Notes: generated by a model not told the origin, from the letters alone. Shown: positions 40,730 to 51,234, counted from the stretch's first letter. The stretch: 64,000 nucleotides of DNA from Armatimonadota bacterium (GCA_038248345.1 JBBRXO010000002.1:1-64000), one strand, 5' to 3'. Numbers and translations are program-made.

Positions 40730-41662
40730 ATGATAAAATTACAAGTTGCAGTAATAATGGGCGGAGTATCCAGCGAACGGGCGATTTCACTGCGTAGCGG
40801 GGCAAATGCCGCCGCCGCGTTAGATCGGGAAAAATTTGACGTTACCATGGTGGATTTTACCGGTGATGTTGCACAGATTACCGCGTTGGCCGGGGTGGTC
40901 GACGTGGCATTGCTGATGTTGCATGGCCCCGGAGGGGAAGACGGGCGTATCCAGGGGCTGCTCGATTTATTACATATCCCCTACACCGGCAGTGGTGTAC
41001 TCGGGAGCGCATTGGCTATGCATAAGGGTGTAGCAAAGGCGATCTACCGCGATGCAGGGATACCGACACCCCGCGGTATAGTGGCAGAAGCGGGTGACCG
41101 ATGTCTATCCGAGGCGGTCTTTAGTAATATCGGCTACCCCTGTGTGGTGAAACCCGCCAACGAAGGATCAACTATCGGCATCTCACTGGTGCAGGATGTC
41201 GAAGAGCTGGAGGAGGCGCTGGAGCGAGCTTTCCAGTTCGACAGCGAGCTGGTGATCGAGGAGTTCGTGCGCGGCATGGAGATCAGCGTACCGGTGCTGG
41301 GCACTGAGGTATTGCGTGCATTACCAGCAGTAGAGATCATCCCGCAAAGCGGGTGGTATGATTACGAGATGAAATACACTGCCGGAGCCACCGAGGAGAT
41401 ATGTCCGGCACGGCTGACGGAAGAGCAGGCAGCACGCGCCGCGGAATTGGCGCTGAAAGCACACCGCGCCTTATGCCTGAAGGGTATCTCACGGACTGAC
41501 ATGATCGTCACCGATTATGACCTCATTGTGCTGGAGACTAACACCTTGCCGGGGATGACCGACACCAGCTTGGTGCCGCTTTGTGCGCGTACTGTGGGTA
41601 TCAGTTTCAGTGAATTACTAGAAATACTTATCGCCGATGCGCGGGGAATACATAACGGATAA
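40730..41662 (+). CDS. ddl: D-alanine--D-alanine ligase
   Basis: GG.SSERAISL.SG, LHG.GGEDG, GSTIG, YDYEMKY, E.NTLPGMT. Confidence 0.95.
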   Translation: MIKLQVAVIMGGVSSERAISLRSGANAAAALDREKFDVTMVDFTGDVAQITALAGVVDVALLMLHGPGGEDGRIQGLLDLLHIPYTGSGVLGSALAMHKGVAKAIYRDAGIPTPRGIVAEAGDRCLSEAVFSNIGYPCVVKPANEGSTIGISLVQDVEELEEALERAFQFDSELVIEEFVRGMEISVPVLGTEVLRALPAVEIIPQSGWYDYEMKYTAGATEEICPARLTEEQAARAAELALKAHRALCLKGISRTDMIVTDYDLIVLETNTLPGMTDTSLVPLCARTVGISFSELLEILIADARGIHNG

Positions 41663-42606
41663 TGCGACACAATAACGGGTATAAGCAAAATACGCCATCG
41701 GGTAATACTGTAGCTCGTGAGCTAGGGGATCGTGGTATGTCTACCGCTGGTGAGGAAAATAATAATATACCGGGGGAATACCTGGAATCACAACAGGTAA
41801 CCGCTAACATGCGCTGGCGTCGCCAGCGGTTGGCGTTGTATCGCCGCGTGTGGGCAGTGGCATGGACATTGATACTCGCCTTCCTGGTGGAGGCATGGAT
41901 CGCGGCGTGGTTTTCGCCGCGCAATTACATCTATCGATTGGAGACACGTAATACTGACTCCATGACGGAAGAAGAAGTTATCCGTCTCGCGGCTGTGAAA
42001 CCGAAGACAAACTACTTCCGTGTTCCCTTGCAGGAAATCGCTACCCGGATCAAGTCGCAAGATCCGCGCGTGGATAACGTCATCGTTGAGCGTGGAGCCA
42101 TGGGGACGCTGATATTGACGGTGAACGAGCGCAAAGCGGTATGCCGTCTGGGTACCAGCGAACCGCCGATGTACCTGGATGAAAAGGGCTACCTATTCAC
42201 GCGACCAATACCAACGCCAAACCTGGTGCCAATTGTCACCGCCATTGAAGCGCCCACGGAGAAAAAAATGGGAGAAAAGCTGACAGAGGCCTACGTTGTG
42301 CCGGTGTTGAAAGCGGTCGTGGCATTGCCCGCCAAAACTAACAAAGGCTTCCTTATTGAAGCTGCCAGCTTGAAGGTAGACGAGAAGAGTGGCGCCACCT
42401 ATGAATTAAGCAATGGCATCATCATCGAATATGGTACCCTCACCTACCCGGAACAGAAGGCGGAGGTAATTAAGAACTTGATCGACAATGCGATAGAAGC
42501 AGGCAATGCACCGGAGAATATATTATCCTTGAATGTCACCGGCGTGGATAACAAAATGTTAAGAGGGTCGTACACCCCGCGGACCCCGACTGGGGGGACA
42601 AATTGA
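41662..42606 (+). CDS. ftsQ: Cell division protein FtsQ/DivIB-like (POTRA domain)
   Basis: Single TM, POTRA (EEVI..A...N.F), V.ER, YLDEKG; follows ddl; start may be downstream. Confidence 0.75.
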   Translation: MRHNNGYKQNTPSGNTVARELGDRGMSTAGEENNNIPGEYLESQQVTANMRWRRQRLALYRRVWAVAWTLILAFLVEAWIAAWFSPRNYIYRLETRNTDSMTEEEVIRLAAVKPKTNYFRVPLQEIATRIKSQDPRVDNVIVERGAMGTLILTVNERKAVCRLGTSEPPMYLDEKGYLFTRPIPTPNLVPIVTAIEAPTEKKMGEKLTEAYVVPVLKAVVALPAKTNKGFLIEAASLKVDEKSGATYELSNGIIIEYGTLTYPEQKAEVIKNLIDNAIEAGNAPENILSLNVTGVDNKMLRGSYTPRTPTGGTN

Positions 42607-43376
42607 TGAGAGTTTATGTTCCTATAAGTAAACCACAACCATGGGTGTTGCCGGTGACGTTAGTCTGCCTAGCGTTGGGTGCCCTGATCGCCTTGATGAT
42701 CATCAGCTCCAGCGTGAAAGATGACGCCACCACTAGCGCTTCACTCGGTAAAACACCACAGGAGATCACCGCGCTGCAACAGGAGAACAAGCAGTACGAA
42801 GATGAGATCGCCAAGCTACGGGCAGAAAAAGATGAAGCCGTGAAAAAATCATCCACCGCCGCCGAGACCAACCAAGGGATTCAAAAGGAGATGGACGATC
42901 TGCGCATGCGCGCTGGCACCGCCTCCATGATCGGCCCGGGCATCGCCATCACTCTCGACGACACCAATAACACCAAATTCCCCTCGGATACCGGAGGCAT
43001 GAAGGCATTGATCGTGCACGACTGGGACATGCTGATGCTGGTTAATGAGCTGCGTGCCGCTGGCGCAGAGGCCATCAGCGTCAACAACGAACGCGTGGCG
43101 GGCGAAAGCCCCATCCGCTGTGTCGGCCCGGTAATAATGGTAAATAGCCACCAGGTGGCCCCCCCTTTCAAGGTTTTGGCCATCGGTAAAACGGACACCC
43201 TCTACGGTGCAGTGAAACTGCCGCAAGGGGTGCTGGACAATCTGATGCTGCTGGGCATCCAGGTGCAGGTAGACAAAAAAACCAACATCACCATACCCGC
43301 GCTGAATGTGCTACCTCCTATCGAATCCGGTAAAATAGCAACTGACGTTAAGAAGGAGGGTGGCCCCGGCCGTTGA
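42606..43376 (+). CDS. DUF881 (YlxW/YlxX-like) protein
   Basis: AG....GPGI.ITLDD, VHD.D...VNELRAAGAEAISVN..R, IRCVGP. Confidence 0.9.
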   Translation: MRVYVPISKPQPWVLPVTLVCLALGALIALMIISSSVKDDATTSASLGKTPQEITALQQENKQYEDEIAKLRAEKDEAVKKSSTAAETNQGIQKEMDDLRMRAGTASMIGPGIAITLDDTNNTKFPSDTGGMKALIVHDWDMLMLVNELRAAGAEAISVNNERVAGESPIRCVGPVIMVNSHQVAPPFKVLAIGKTDTLYGAVKLPQGVLDNLMLLGIQVQVDKKTNITIPALNVLPPIESGKIATDVKKEGGPGR

Positions 43377-43399
43377 CGCCGCTGCCAATACTAATATAA

Positions 43400-43789
43400 A
43401 TGTGGCTCCCCATCCTTGCACTTTTCATCGGCTTTATGGCGGTATTCCTGCCGCAACAGCATCTGAATAATATGCTGAAGCCGGAATATACCCCGTACAT
43501 CGGCATCGCCCTGGTGGCGGGCATCGACTCGATCGTCGGTGCCATCCGCGCGCTGGCCGAGGGGCACTTCAACGACCGCGTCTTCGTCAGCGGCTTTTTC
43601 ACCAACGCCATTCTGGCCGCTGGCCTGCTTTACCTGGGAAATACACTCCGTATCGAACACGTGGCCGTGGCCATCATGGTGGCACTGGTCTTCCGGATAT
43701 TCAACAACTTTGGCTTCGTCCGCCGCTTCGTCTTCGCCCGCCTCTTCGAAAAGAAACTAAGCGCAGACAATTCATTCCCGGAGCCGTAG
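43400..43789 (+). CDS. sbp: Small basic protein (DUF1290)
   Basis: Y..IA..A..DSI.G..RA....F....FVSGFF.N..LA...LG...RIFNN. Confidence 0.88.
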   Translation: MWLPILALFIGFMAVFLPQQHLNNMLKPEYTPYIGIALVAGIDSIVGAIRALAEGHFNDRVFVSGFFTNAILAAGLLYLGNTLRIEHVAVAIMVALVFRIFNNFGFVRRFVFARLFEKKLSADNSFPEP

Positions 43790-43814
43790 CATGGGGAAAG
43801 TGAAAAGGCTTTAA

Positions 43815-45209
43815 ATGGGTATTCTCACCAGTCAGGGAAGGATTATCGGCATCTGGTTCCTCGTAACCAGCCTGATCGGCTTCGTGCATGCATCAGCCAT
43901 CATGTACATCTTTTCTGTCGTCATCATTGGCGGCTTACTTACCGCCTGGGTGCTGGCCTTATGGGGGGCCAAAGACATTACTATCTCACGTGAGGTTCAC
44001 GCTTCCACCGTCACCAGTGGTGATCCACTGCCCACTAAACTGAGTATCCATGAGTCCAAAGCGCGCTGGCGCATGCTGGAATTGCACGATAACCACACAA
44101 ACCTGATTAACAATGAAGCCAGCCATCGGCAGCTGACGCTATTATTGGAAGATACCCGCTCCACCACCGCCACCATTGGCGGCAAAAGACAGCAGATGAC
44201 GCAACTGGGTGGGAAGAAGCGCGAACTGCTGATACCTGACATGCTCCGCTTCCCCTACCGCGGCCTCTATCGCCTGGGGCCGATTGAACTGCAGAGCTAT
44301 GACCCCTTCGGCCTTATCTACGTTGTCCGTAAGATTGAAATAAATAAGGAAGTGATCGTCTACCCACGCGCGCTCTCCATGCCCGACGCCCTCCTCACCG
44401 GGGCGGGCGGACGGCAGGAATCGGCTATTCGCCCCTCCGGGCGCGCGGGCGAAAGTGCGGAGTTCCACAGTATCCGCCCCTACACCGAAGGCGACGACCT
44501 GCGCCGCGTACACTGGAAAGCCTCGGCCCACTCGGATAAAATGGTGGTAAAAGAGTACGAATATCGCAACGCCGGGGCAGTACAGGTGATCCTCGACTTG
44601 CAGGGGAACGTCCACGCGGGCAGCAGCTACAATTCGACACTGGAGAAGGCTATCACTCTCTCCTCCTCAATTCTCACCCACGTCATCGCCGCAGGCAACC
44701 AGATAGGTCTGTTCACCACTGGCGAGAAGATCATCCAGCTACCGCAGGAATCCGGGCAGCGGCAACTACACCGAGCATTGGAGACGCTGGCGTTGGCAAA
44801 AGCCGACGGCACCGCCACCTTGGCACAAACACTATTGAGCAATGAGGCCCCTTCCTCACGTCGCTGTACCACCATCGTTATCACACCTTCGCTGGATGTC
44901 AATCTCATTGGCGCACTCTTAAATCTACGCGGCAAATCCGCCCAGCTCTTGTTAGTGCTCCTTGATCCCAGTCAATACCTGATCAATGAGCAACCCGATC
45001 CCGCCGCCCGCCCCAATACGCTGAAGGGCATAAGCAATTATTTCGAGGGCCTTGACCTGTTGAAAACCGATTCAAAAAAAGTTGAAGCCCAACGCAATGA
45101 ACACAAACGCCTGCTGAACGCCGCCATCGCCGCTGGCATCGAGGTAGTATCGCTGGATTCCGAAGCACCGCTAAATAAAGCGCTGCAAGCGATTGGACGG
45201 TTTACCTGA
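43815..45209 (+). CDS. DUF58 domain protein
   Basis: RG.Y.LGP...DPFGL, EFHSIRPY..GDDLRRVHWKASA, VKEYE. Confidence 0.9.
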   Translation: MGILTSQGRIIGIWFLVTSLIGFVHASAIMYIFSVVIIGGLLTAWVLALWGAKDITISREVHASTVTSGDPLPTKLSIHESKARWRMLELHDNHTNLINNEASHRQLTLLLEDTRSTTATIGGKRQQMTQLGGKKRELLIPDMLRFPYRGLYRLGPIELQSYDPFGLIYVVRKIEINKEVIVYPRALSMPDALLTGAGGRQESAIRPSGRAGESAEFHSIRPYTEGDDLRRVHWKASAHSDKMVVKEYEYRNAGAVQVILDLQGNVHAGSSYNSTLEKAITLSSSILTHVIAAGNQIGLFTTGEKIIQLPQESGQRQLHRALETLALAKADGTATLAQTLLSNEAPSSRRCTTIVITPSLDVNLIGALLNLRGKSAQLLLVLLDPSQYLINEQPDPAARPNTLKGISNYFEGLDLLKTDSKKVEAQRNEHKRLLNAAIAAGIEVVSLDSEAPLNKALQAIGRFT

Positions 45210-45285
45210 TTCAGGTCTGCAAGTTGATTCTATCATTGTACTCCAACTCCTTGCCTTCCAATCGCCCAACGGGTACACTGAATGT

Positions 45286-47133
45286 GTGAATGATATAGAA
45301 GTTCTTGATTCCTCATGTTGGCGCGTGCCTGGTACCACTCCGCCGGTCAATTCTCCAGCGTTGCCGATGACGCGGGCGGAGATGACGGCGCGGGGGTGGG
45401 AATGTTGCGACATTATCCTCGTCACCGGTGATGCCTACGTCGATCACCCATCTTTCGGCACGGCGATTATCGGACGCTGGCTGGAATATCTGGGTTACCG
45501 CGTGGGGGTTATCGCGCAACCAGACCCCAAAAATGTCGATGCTTTTCGCGCGTTAGGACGACCTGCCCTCTGCTGGGGGGTAACTGCAGGGAACCTGGAC
45601 AGCCAACTGATGAAATACACTGCTATGCGCAAAATGCGTAGCGATGACGCCTACACCCCCGGCGGGCAAGCAGGAAACCGCCCCGCCAATGCCTCTATGG
45701 TCTACACCAGTTGCGTACGGCACGCCTACAAGGGTGTACCGGTGATCCTCGGTGGCGTGGAGGCCTCATTGCGGCGCTTCGCCTATTACGATTTCTGGTC
45801 GGATGCTGTACGCCGTTCGGTGCTGGTGGATGCCAAAGCCGACCTCATTGTCTACGGGATGGGCGAGCGCGCCATGGCGGAGATCGCGCAACGCCTGCGC
45901 AACAACGAACCACTGACCGACATCCGCGGCACCGCCGAGATGCGCAAGTCACTGGACGACCTAACCGACGTGCATGTACTACCTGCCTTTGAAGAGGTAA
46001 GTCAGCCGACTCCGGAAGGTAAGCTGGCCTTCTCGCGCATGGCACGTGATATCGACAACTTCACCAATCCTGACCTGGCTACCATGTTGGCACAGCGCCA
46101 TAATGAGCGCTATCTGCTGGTGCATCCGCCCGCGGCGCCGCTGAGCACCGCCGAGATCGACGTGGTCTATGACTTGCCCTTCACCAGACACCCACACCCG
46201 GCCTACGCGGGGAAGAATATCCCCGCCTATGAGATGATCAAGGACAGTATCACCACCCACCGTGGCTGCTACAGCGGGTGCAGCTTTTGCGCATTGGGGG
46301 CACATCAGGGTACGGCGATCAGCTCACGTAGCGCGGATAATGTGCTGCATGAAATAGCCCGGTTGACGCATGACCCCGAATTCCACGGCACGGTGAGTGA
46401 CCTGGGCGGCCCGACCGCCAACATGTATGGTACCGGTTGCACACTGGGGCGCGCACGTTGCGCCGAGAAGAGCTGCCTCTTCCCCACCCTTTGTACAAAT
46501 TTGCGCACCGACCACGGCCCACTGCTAGCGCTAATGCAAGCGGCCAGTGCGGTACCGGGGGTCAAGCATCTCTTCATCACCAGCGGTATCCGTTGCGACC
46601 TGGCTTTGTCGCCGGGCGGAAAGGGATACATCGAGGAGCTGGTAAAGTCACACGTTGGAGGGCGGTTGAAGATCGCCCCGGAGCATATCTCCACGCGCGT
46701 GCTACGTGCCATGCACAAATATCCGCCGGAGATCTACCGGCAATTTCTATCACACTTCCGTAGTTGCGCCACAAAATCAGGCCGCCCCTATCAGGTGATA
46801 GAATATTTCATCAGCGGCCACCCTGGCAGCACACTGGCCGATATGATCGAGCTAGCCGTTTACCTACGTCGTGAGCGCATCGCCCCCGAGCAGGTGCAGG
46901 ACTTCTACCCCACCCCGCTCACGCTGGCAACGGCAATGTTCTACACCGGCCTCGACCCCACCACCGAGAAGCCCATCTATGTGGCGCGTAGTGACCGGGA
47001 AAAGGCCCTGCAGCGTGCCCTGCTGCTCTGCCAGAAGCCGGAATTCCACAACAAAGCCCGCACCGCCCTCCGCGCCGCTAAACGCGGGGATTTAATCGGA
47101 AACGGGCCTAATTGCCTGGTGCCAGAAAAGTAG
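45286..47133 (+). CDS. ygiQ: YgiQ family (UPF0313) radical SAM protein
   Basis: GDAYVDHPSFG, RGCYSGCSFC, DLGGPTANMY, YFISGHPG, EQVQDFYPTP; GTG 45286 inferred from promoter position. Confidence 0.92.
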   Translation: MNDIEVLDSSCWRVPGTTPPVNSPALPMTRAEMTARGWECCDIILVTGDAYVDHPSFGTAIIGRWLEYLGYRVGVIAQPDPKNVDAFRALGRPALCWGVTAGNLDSQLMKYTAMRKMRSDDAYTPGGQAGNRPANASMVYTSCVRHAYKGVPVILGGVEASLRRFAYYDFWSDAVRRSVLVDAKADLIVYGMGERAMAEIAQRLRNNEPLTDIRGTAEMRKSLDDLTDVHVLPAFEEVSQPTPEGKLAFSRMARDIDNFTNPDLATMLAQRHNERYLLVHPPAAPLSTAEIDVVYDLPFTRHPHPAYAGKNIPAYEMIKDSITTHRGCYSGCSFCALGAHQGTAISSRSADNVLHEIARLTHDPEFHGTVSDLGGPTANMYGTGCTLGRARCAEKSCLFPTLCTNLRTDHGPLLALMQAASAVPGVKHLFITSGIRCDLALSPGGKGYIEELVKSHVGGRLKIAPEHISTRVLRAMHKYPPEIYRQFLSHFRSCATKSGRPYQVIEYFISGHPGSTLADMIELAVYLRRERIAPEQVQDFYPTPLTLATAMFYTGLDPTTEKPIYVARSDREKALQRALLLCQKPEFHNKARTALRAAKRGDLIGNGPNCLVPEK

Positions 47134-47156
47134 AATCGGCGTATCACATTGATCCA

Positions 47157-47615
47157 TCATTGCGTGAGCGGCAGATACTCATCCAGCGTGATAACCATAT
47201 GCTGCGTCCCTATCAGCTTGCGTGCGAGCGCCATATCTGCTGTCAATAATGGTACACTCTTCTGCTCCGCCAGCGCCACATAAACGGCGTCGTAGGCAGA
47301 GATATTCAACTCGCAGGCCAGCTGCAGCGCGCGTTTGCTCAATTGTTTGAGTGGGGTGGTTATCAGTCCTAAAGCTGATAATTCATCAACTCTGCTCGCT
47401 CCAGTTGCGGTATCAATTTCCCCACGCTGAGCTTTTTTCCAGAGAATGTTAGCACATTCAATATAGAGGAGATCTGGGACAAAAAGAACAAATCCGTCAC
47501 TCTCAAACATGTTTTCGAGAAGTTCGCGAAGTTCATGACTTCCGCGCTCTGGCGCTACATACTTGATAAGTACGCTGGCATCATATACACAACGCGGTGG
47601 CAACTCAGTTCTCAT
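47157..47615 (-). CDS. vapC: VapC-type PIN domain toxin
   Basis: DASV..K, E.AN..WK, YDA.YVALA, LLTAD. Confidence 0.9.
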   Translation of the reverse strand: MRTELPPRCVYDASVLIKYVAPERGSHELRELLENMFESDGFVLFVPDLLYIECANILWKKAQRGEIDTATGASRVDELSALGLITTPLKQLSKRALQLACELNISAYDAVYVALAEQKSVPLLTADMALARKLIGTQHMVITLDEYLPLTQ

Positions 47616-47860
47616 CGTTCCCGATCCTCACGCAACAAATCAGTTGTAGTTTTGCCATCAATTGAAGGCTTAAACAGGTAGTCGCTCTCTCTAAGACGTG
47701 TTAATGATGCCAGACGCTCACTTTTTATCCGCTTCTTCTCCAATTCGACTTCCACGAGTTTGATTACTTCAGTACCGACAGATTTTTTTTCTGCTTTCGC
47801 CATCGCTTTCAACGCCTGATACATCTCATCAGGAAAGTCTCGTACATATAATGTCGCCAT
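47612..47860 (-). CDS. FitA/VapB-like ribbon-helix-helix antitoxin
   Basis: MATLYVRDFPDE.Y..LK..A.....S; ends REDRER; overlaps toxin start. Confidence 0.85.
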   Translation of the reverse strand: MATLYVRDFPDEMYQALKAMAKAEKKSVGTEVIKLVEVELEKKRIKSERLASLTRLRESDYLFKPSIDGKTTTDLLREDRER

Positions 47861-47881
47861 AGTAGATTCTCCTTTGACAGT

Positions 47882-47912
47882 ATTATACCCATAATAATTG
47901 CAAATGTGCAAT
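47882..47912 (-). promoter_or_regulatory. TA promoter with palindromic operator over the -35
   Basis: TTGCAC-18-TATAAT; ATTGCA-N4-TGCAAT at 47897-47912. Confidence 0.6.
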
Positions 47913-47950
47913 CGTATTTGTGTGATAATGCAAGCAATAGTAAAGAGTTA

Positions 47951-48090
47951 CGCTGGGACTAAAGTACCGGCTGCGTGGCATTAATGCCGGTAGTCCGCCT
48001 TCGCGGACTTTACATATATGGTAATAGCGCGCTTCAGCGTGCTTGCAGTTGTTAGCCACCTCGTTTACGGGGCGGGACGCCCATGCCACG
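47951..48090 (-). repeat. Composite element family B, copy 3 (shorter)
   Basis: Same module order as 30310 and 38437 copies. Confidence 0.75.
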
Positions 48091-48091
48091 A

Positions 48092-49885
48092 CTATCTCTT
48101 CGTCTGTGCCCACACCTCTTCTGCCTTTGTCACCAGCTCGTCGATCATCTGCAGGCCGTCGTCCCAGAAGGTGGGGTCGTTGATGTCGATGCCTGCCTTT
48201 GCCATGATGTCTGCCGGGCGCGCGGAGCCGCCGGCGCGGAGGATATCCTGGTAATGCGGGACGAAGGAGGCGCCCTCTTTTTTATAGCGTGCGTAAAGCG
48301 CCATCACCATCAGCTGGCCGAAGGCATAGGCGTAGACGTAGAAGGGCGTGTGGATGAAGTGCGGGATATACATCCAGAAGCAGGCGTGTCCTTCGCCTAA
48401 CTCTACCGAGTCGCCGAACATCTCTTGCAGGTTCGTCTGCCAGATTTCATTTACCTGTGCGGGGGTCAGCTCTCCCTTTGCACGGCGTTCGGTGTGTACC
48501 CCTTGCTCGAAGCGGTACATGGCGGTCTGGCGGAAGACAGTGGCGAAGACGTCCTCGATTTTGCCGGTGAGCAGTGCCAACTCCGCCATCGGCTCATGCT
48601 CTTCGGCTAAAAGTTCGTTGAAGGTGAGCATCTCGCCGAAGACGCTGGCCGTCTCCGCTGCTGCCAGCGAGGGGTAGTACTGCAGGAACTTCTGCCCGCC
48701 CGCGTAGAGGTCGTGGATGCCGTGGCCCAGCTCATGCGCCAGCGTCATCACGTCGCGCTTTTTGCCGAGGAAGTTCATCAGCACGTAGGGGTGCCAGTCC
48801 GGTGCCAGCCCGGCGCAGAAGGCTCCGCTGCGCTTGCCGTGACGCGGTTCGGCATCCACCCACTTCTCATTGATAAAGCGATCGACCATCTCACCCATCT
48901 CGGGGGCAAAGGCAGTGTAGGAATCGCGCACAATCTTCACCGAGTCATCCCAGCTTATGGTGGCGGTATCGCTGAGAATAGGCGCGTAGCGGTCATAATG
49001 GTAGAGCTTATCCAACCCCATGATCTCGCGCTTCAGCTTATAGTACCGGGCCACAGTATCATAGTGTTCTACCACCGAGTTGATCATAGTGTGTACGGTA
49101 TCGGTATCCACTTCGTCAGAGAGGTGACGTGATTCCTCCGCGTGATTGAAGTGTGTCAGGCGGTCGTTCACCGATTTGTCATAGGCCAGCACGTTGGTAA
49201 CGTAGGTGAAGAACTTCTCATTTTTGCTCAACGCGGCGGATATCCCCTCAGCGGCGGCTTTGCGCACGGCGCGGTCGGGATCGTAGGATTTATTCAGGAT
49301 CTCGGACTCAGATAGTTCGACGGTCTCACCATTCAGCGTCATGGTGAAGGTCATGGCGGCGATGGTCTCATCGAAGAGGCGCGAGAAGGCCTGCCCGCTG
49401 GTGACGGATTTCTCCATCAGGATTCGCTCTTCCGCCTCGCTCAGACGGTGCGGACGTGCAGCGCGCTCATGCTCCAGGTAGTGCCGATAGGCAGCGGTAC
49501 CCGTATCGGAGAGCAATTCGGCAAACTTCTCCTCGGATAACTCCACTAGCTCCAACTCAAAGAATAGCAACTGCTGCGCTGCTGCTACCGACCGCTCCTG
49601 CATCCGCTGCATCAGCGCCCCATGCGCCGGGTTACTCGTATCGCCACTGAAAAGCAACTCGGAATAAGCCGCCGGAAAGGCCAACGTCCGCTGAATCCCC
49701 TCATATTCACCCAGGGCTACCGCGAACTCCGCCGGCGACAACTGCCCCACCCGCCCCGCGCAGGAGACAGCAAATGACGCCACGCGCACATCCACCTCCG
49801 CTAGCGCACTATCAATCTTCGGGTCCGTCACCCCCGCAAACAAATCCGTCAAATCCCAGGTAACTGGTGTATTACTCATCATCAT
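48092..49885 (-). CDS. M3 family oligoendopeptidase (PepF-like)
   Basis: WDLTDLF, GKRSGAFC, TLAHELGHGIH, AETASVFGE, IPHF...FYVYAYAFG. Confidence 0.93.
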   Translation of the reverse strand: MMMSNTPVTWDLTDLFAGVTDPKIDSALAEVDVRVASFAVSCAGRVGQLSPAEFAVALGEYEGIQRTLAFPAAYSELLFSGDTSNPAHGALMQRMQERSVAAAQQLLFFELELVELSEEKFAELLSDTGTAAYRHYLEHERAARPHRLSEAEERILMEKSVTSGQAFSRLFDETIAAMTFTMTLNGETVELSESEILNKSYDPDRAVRKAAAEGISAALSKNEKFFTYVTNVLAYDKSVNDRLTHFNHAEESRHLSDEVDTDTVHTMINSVVEHYDTVARYYKLKREIMGLDKLYHYDRYAPILSDTATISWDDSVKIVRDSYTAFAPEMGEMVDRFINEKWVDAEPRHGKRSGAFCAGLAPDWHPYVLMNFLGKKRDVMTLAHELGHGIHDLYAGGQKFLQYYPSLAAAETASVFGEMLTFNELLAEEHEPMAELALLTGKIEDVFATVFRQTAMYRFEQGVHTERRAKGELTPAQVNEIWQTNLQEMFGDSVELGEGHACFWMYIPHFIHTPFYVYAYAFGQLMVMALYARYKKEGASFVPHYQDILRAGGSARPADIMAKAGIDINDPTFWDDGLQMIDELVTKAEEVWAQTKR

Positions 49886-49970
49886 CCGCCTTTATTGGTT
49901 TACTGTTGGGTTTATAATTGGCTGTTGATGTGGGGAACTCCTGCTGATTTTATATTTTGGAGATAAATGG

Positions 49971-50066
49971 GTAGGGGCACATGGCATGTGCCCTCAATAC
50001 GGGGTATGAGATACATGACCAATTGAAGGTATGGTTACGATGTGGGCACAAGCCTTGTGCCCCTAC
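49971..50066. repeat. REPIN-like element family A, copy 4
   Basis: GTAGGGGCACATGGCATGTGCCC...GGGCACAAGCCTTGTGCCCCTAC. Confidence 0.85.
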
Positions 50067-51184
50067 AATCGGGTTGTGGGCGAAGACCACTTTAGTACAT
50101 CTCTCCCTGTTGTAGCACATACCTCTTCTGCTGGCGTCAGTACCTCCCCGCGTCCCTGCACGCGCAACGCTATCCCACGCAGCCAGGGGGTGAACATGGG
50201 GGTGCATTTGAGTATCTCTGTCTTGATCGCCTGCCGCAACGGCTGGGTGGCGGTGGCGTAGCGGGGGGCGGCGAACTCCAGTGCGGGCTCTAGCGCGGCG
50301 GCCAGTGCCTGCGCGCTGCGAAAGGCGTAGCTGAAGCCTTCGGCGGTGCTGGGGCTAATCCATCCTGCCGCCTCGCCGACCAGCAACACGCGGCCCGCGC
50401 CGGTGCAGAGCTGGCTGCCGTGGCGGGGACGCTCCAGCAGCGCGCCTTCACGCCAGCGCAGTTTGCCAGGAGAGATGCCATATTCCGCCAGTTTTACCAA
50501 CAGCGCGGCGAAGTGTGCGTGGGGATTATCATGCGGGGTGAAGGCCGCTCCTATAGCCAGCAGGCCGCCTTTGGGGATTGCCCAGCCATAATAGTTGGTG
50601 ACAGCGCGATCGAAGATGGCGATGTGGTCGGCAGGCAGCGCATCCATCTCATACCACCCCTGCAATGCAATGTACTTCTGCGGGGCGGTGGCCGTCGGGA
50701 AACAGCGCCACCGCACCTGCGAGTTAGCGCCATCGGCGCCGATGAGCAACCGCGTCCGCTCGCTATAGTTGTGCCCACCGGCGGTGAAATGAACCGTCAC
50801 CCCATCGGCGTCAGTCTCGATGTTACCTGTTACCACACCGCAACGGATATCCACCGTTGCCGGCGCCAGCGAGAGCAGCCAGCGGTCGAGCAACTCGCGG
50901 TGGCAGTTGATGTACGAACGCGGGTGCGTGCCGGTGATGCCGTTGTCCGCGTCGATCAAGTACACCTGCTGCGGTTGTTCACGTGTCATGATAGCGGACG
51001 GCGCCGCCAGCCCCATATCCGCCAGCGCCCGCTGCGCATTGGCGCTCAGCAACCCGCCACAGCACTTGCCCGGCTTCTCCGGCACCGGCGGTGTATCCAG
51101 CGTCCGCCGCTCCAGCAGCAACACCCGGTATTTCTCCCCCAACAAACGGGCCAGCGTCGCCCCGATAATCGCTATATCGTACAC
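50063..51184 (-). CDS. CbrA/geranylgeranyl-reductase-like FAD oxidoreductase with a damaged GxGxxG motif (possible pseudogene)
   Basis: KCCGGLLS, IGADGANS, Y.W..PK, GEAAG.ISPS..EG.SYA; N-terminus IAIIGATLA lacks GxGxxG. Confidence 0.75.
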   Translation of the reverse strand: MYDIAIIGATLARLLGEKYRVLLLERRTLDTPPVPEKPGKCCGGLLSANAQRALADMGLAAPSAIMTREQPQQVYLIDADNGITGTHPRSYINCHRELLDRWLLSLAPATVDIRCGVVTGNIETDADGVTVHFTAGGHNYSERTRLLIGADGANSQVRWRCFPTATAPQKYIALQGWYEMDALPADHIAIFDRAVTNYYGWAIPKGGLLAIGAAFTPHDNPHAHFAALLVKLAEYGISPGKLRWREGALLERPRHGSQLCTGAGRVLLVGEAAGWISPSTAEGFSYAFRSAQALAAALEPALEFAAPRYATATQPLRQAIKTEILKCTPMFTPWLRGIALRVQGRGEVLTPAEEVCATTGRDVLKWSSPTTRL

Positions 51185-51234
51185 ATCTGCCTCCTTCGAG
51201 AAAATATTTTGCGGACACTTTGCCCCACTAGTCT

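Noticed and set aside
47157..47860. Prophage or genomic island around the toxin-antitoxin pair
   Set aside because: No integrase, phage genes or att-like direct repeats seen; flanked by housekeeping genes
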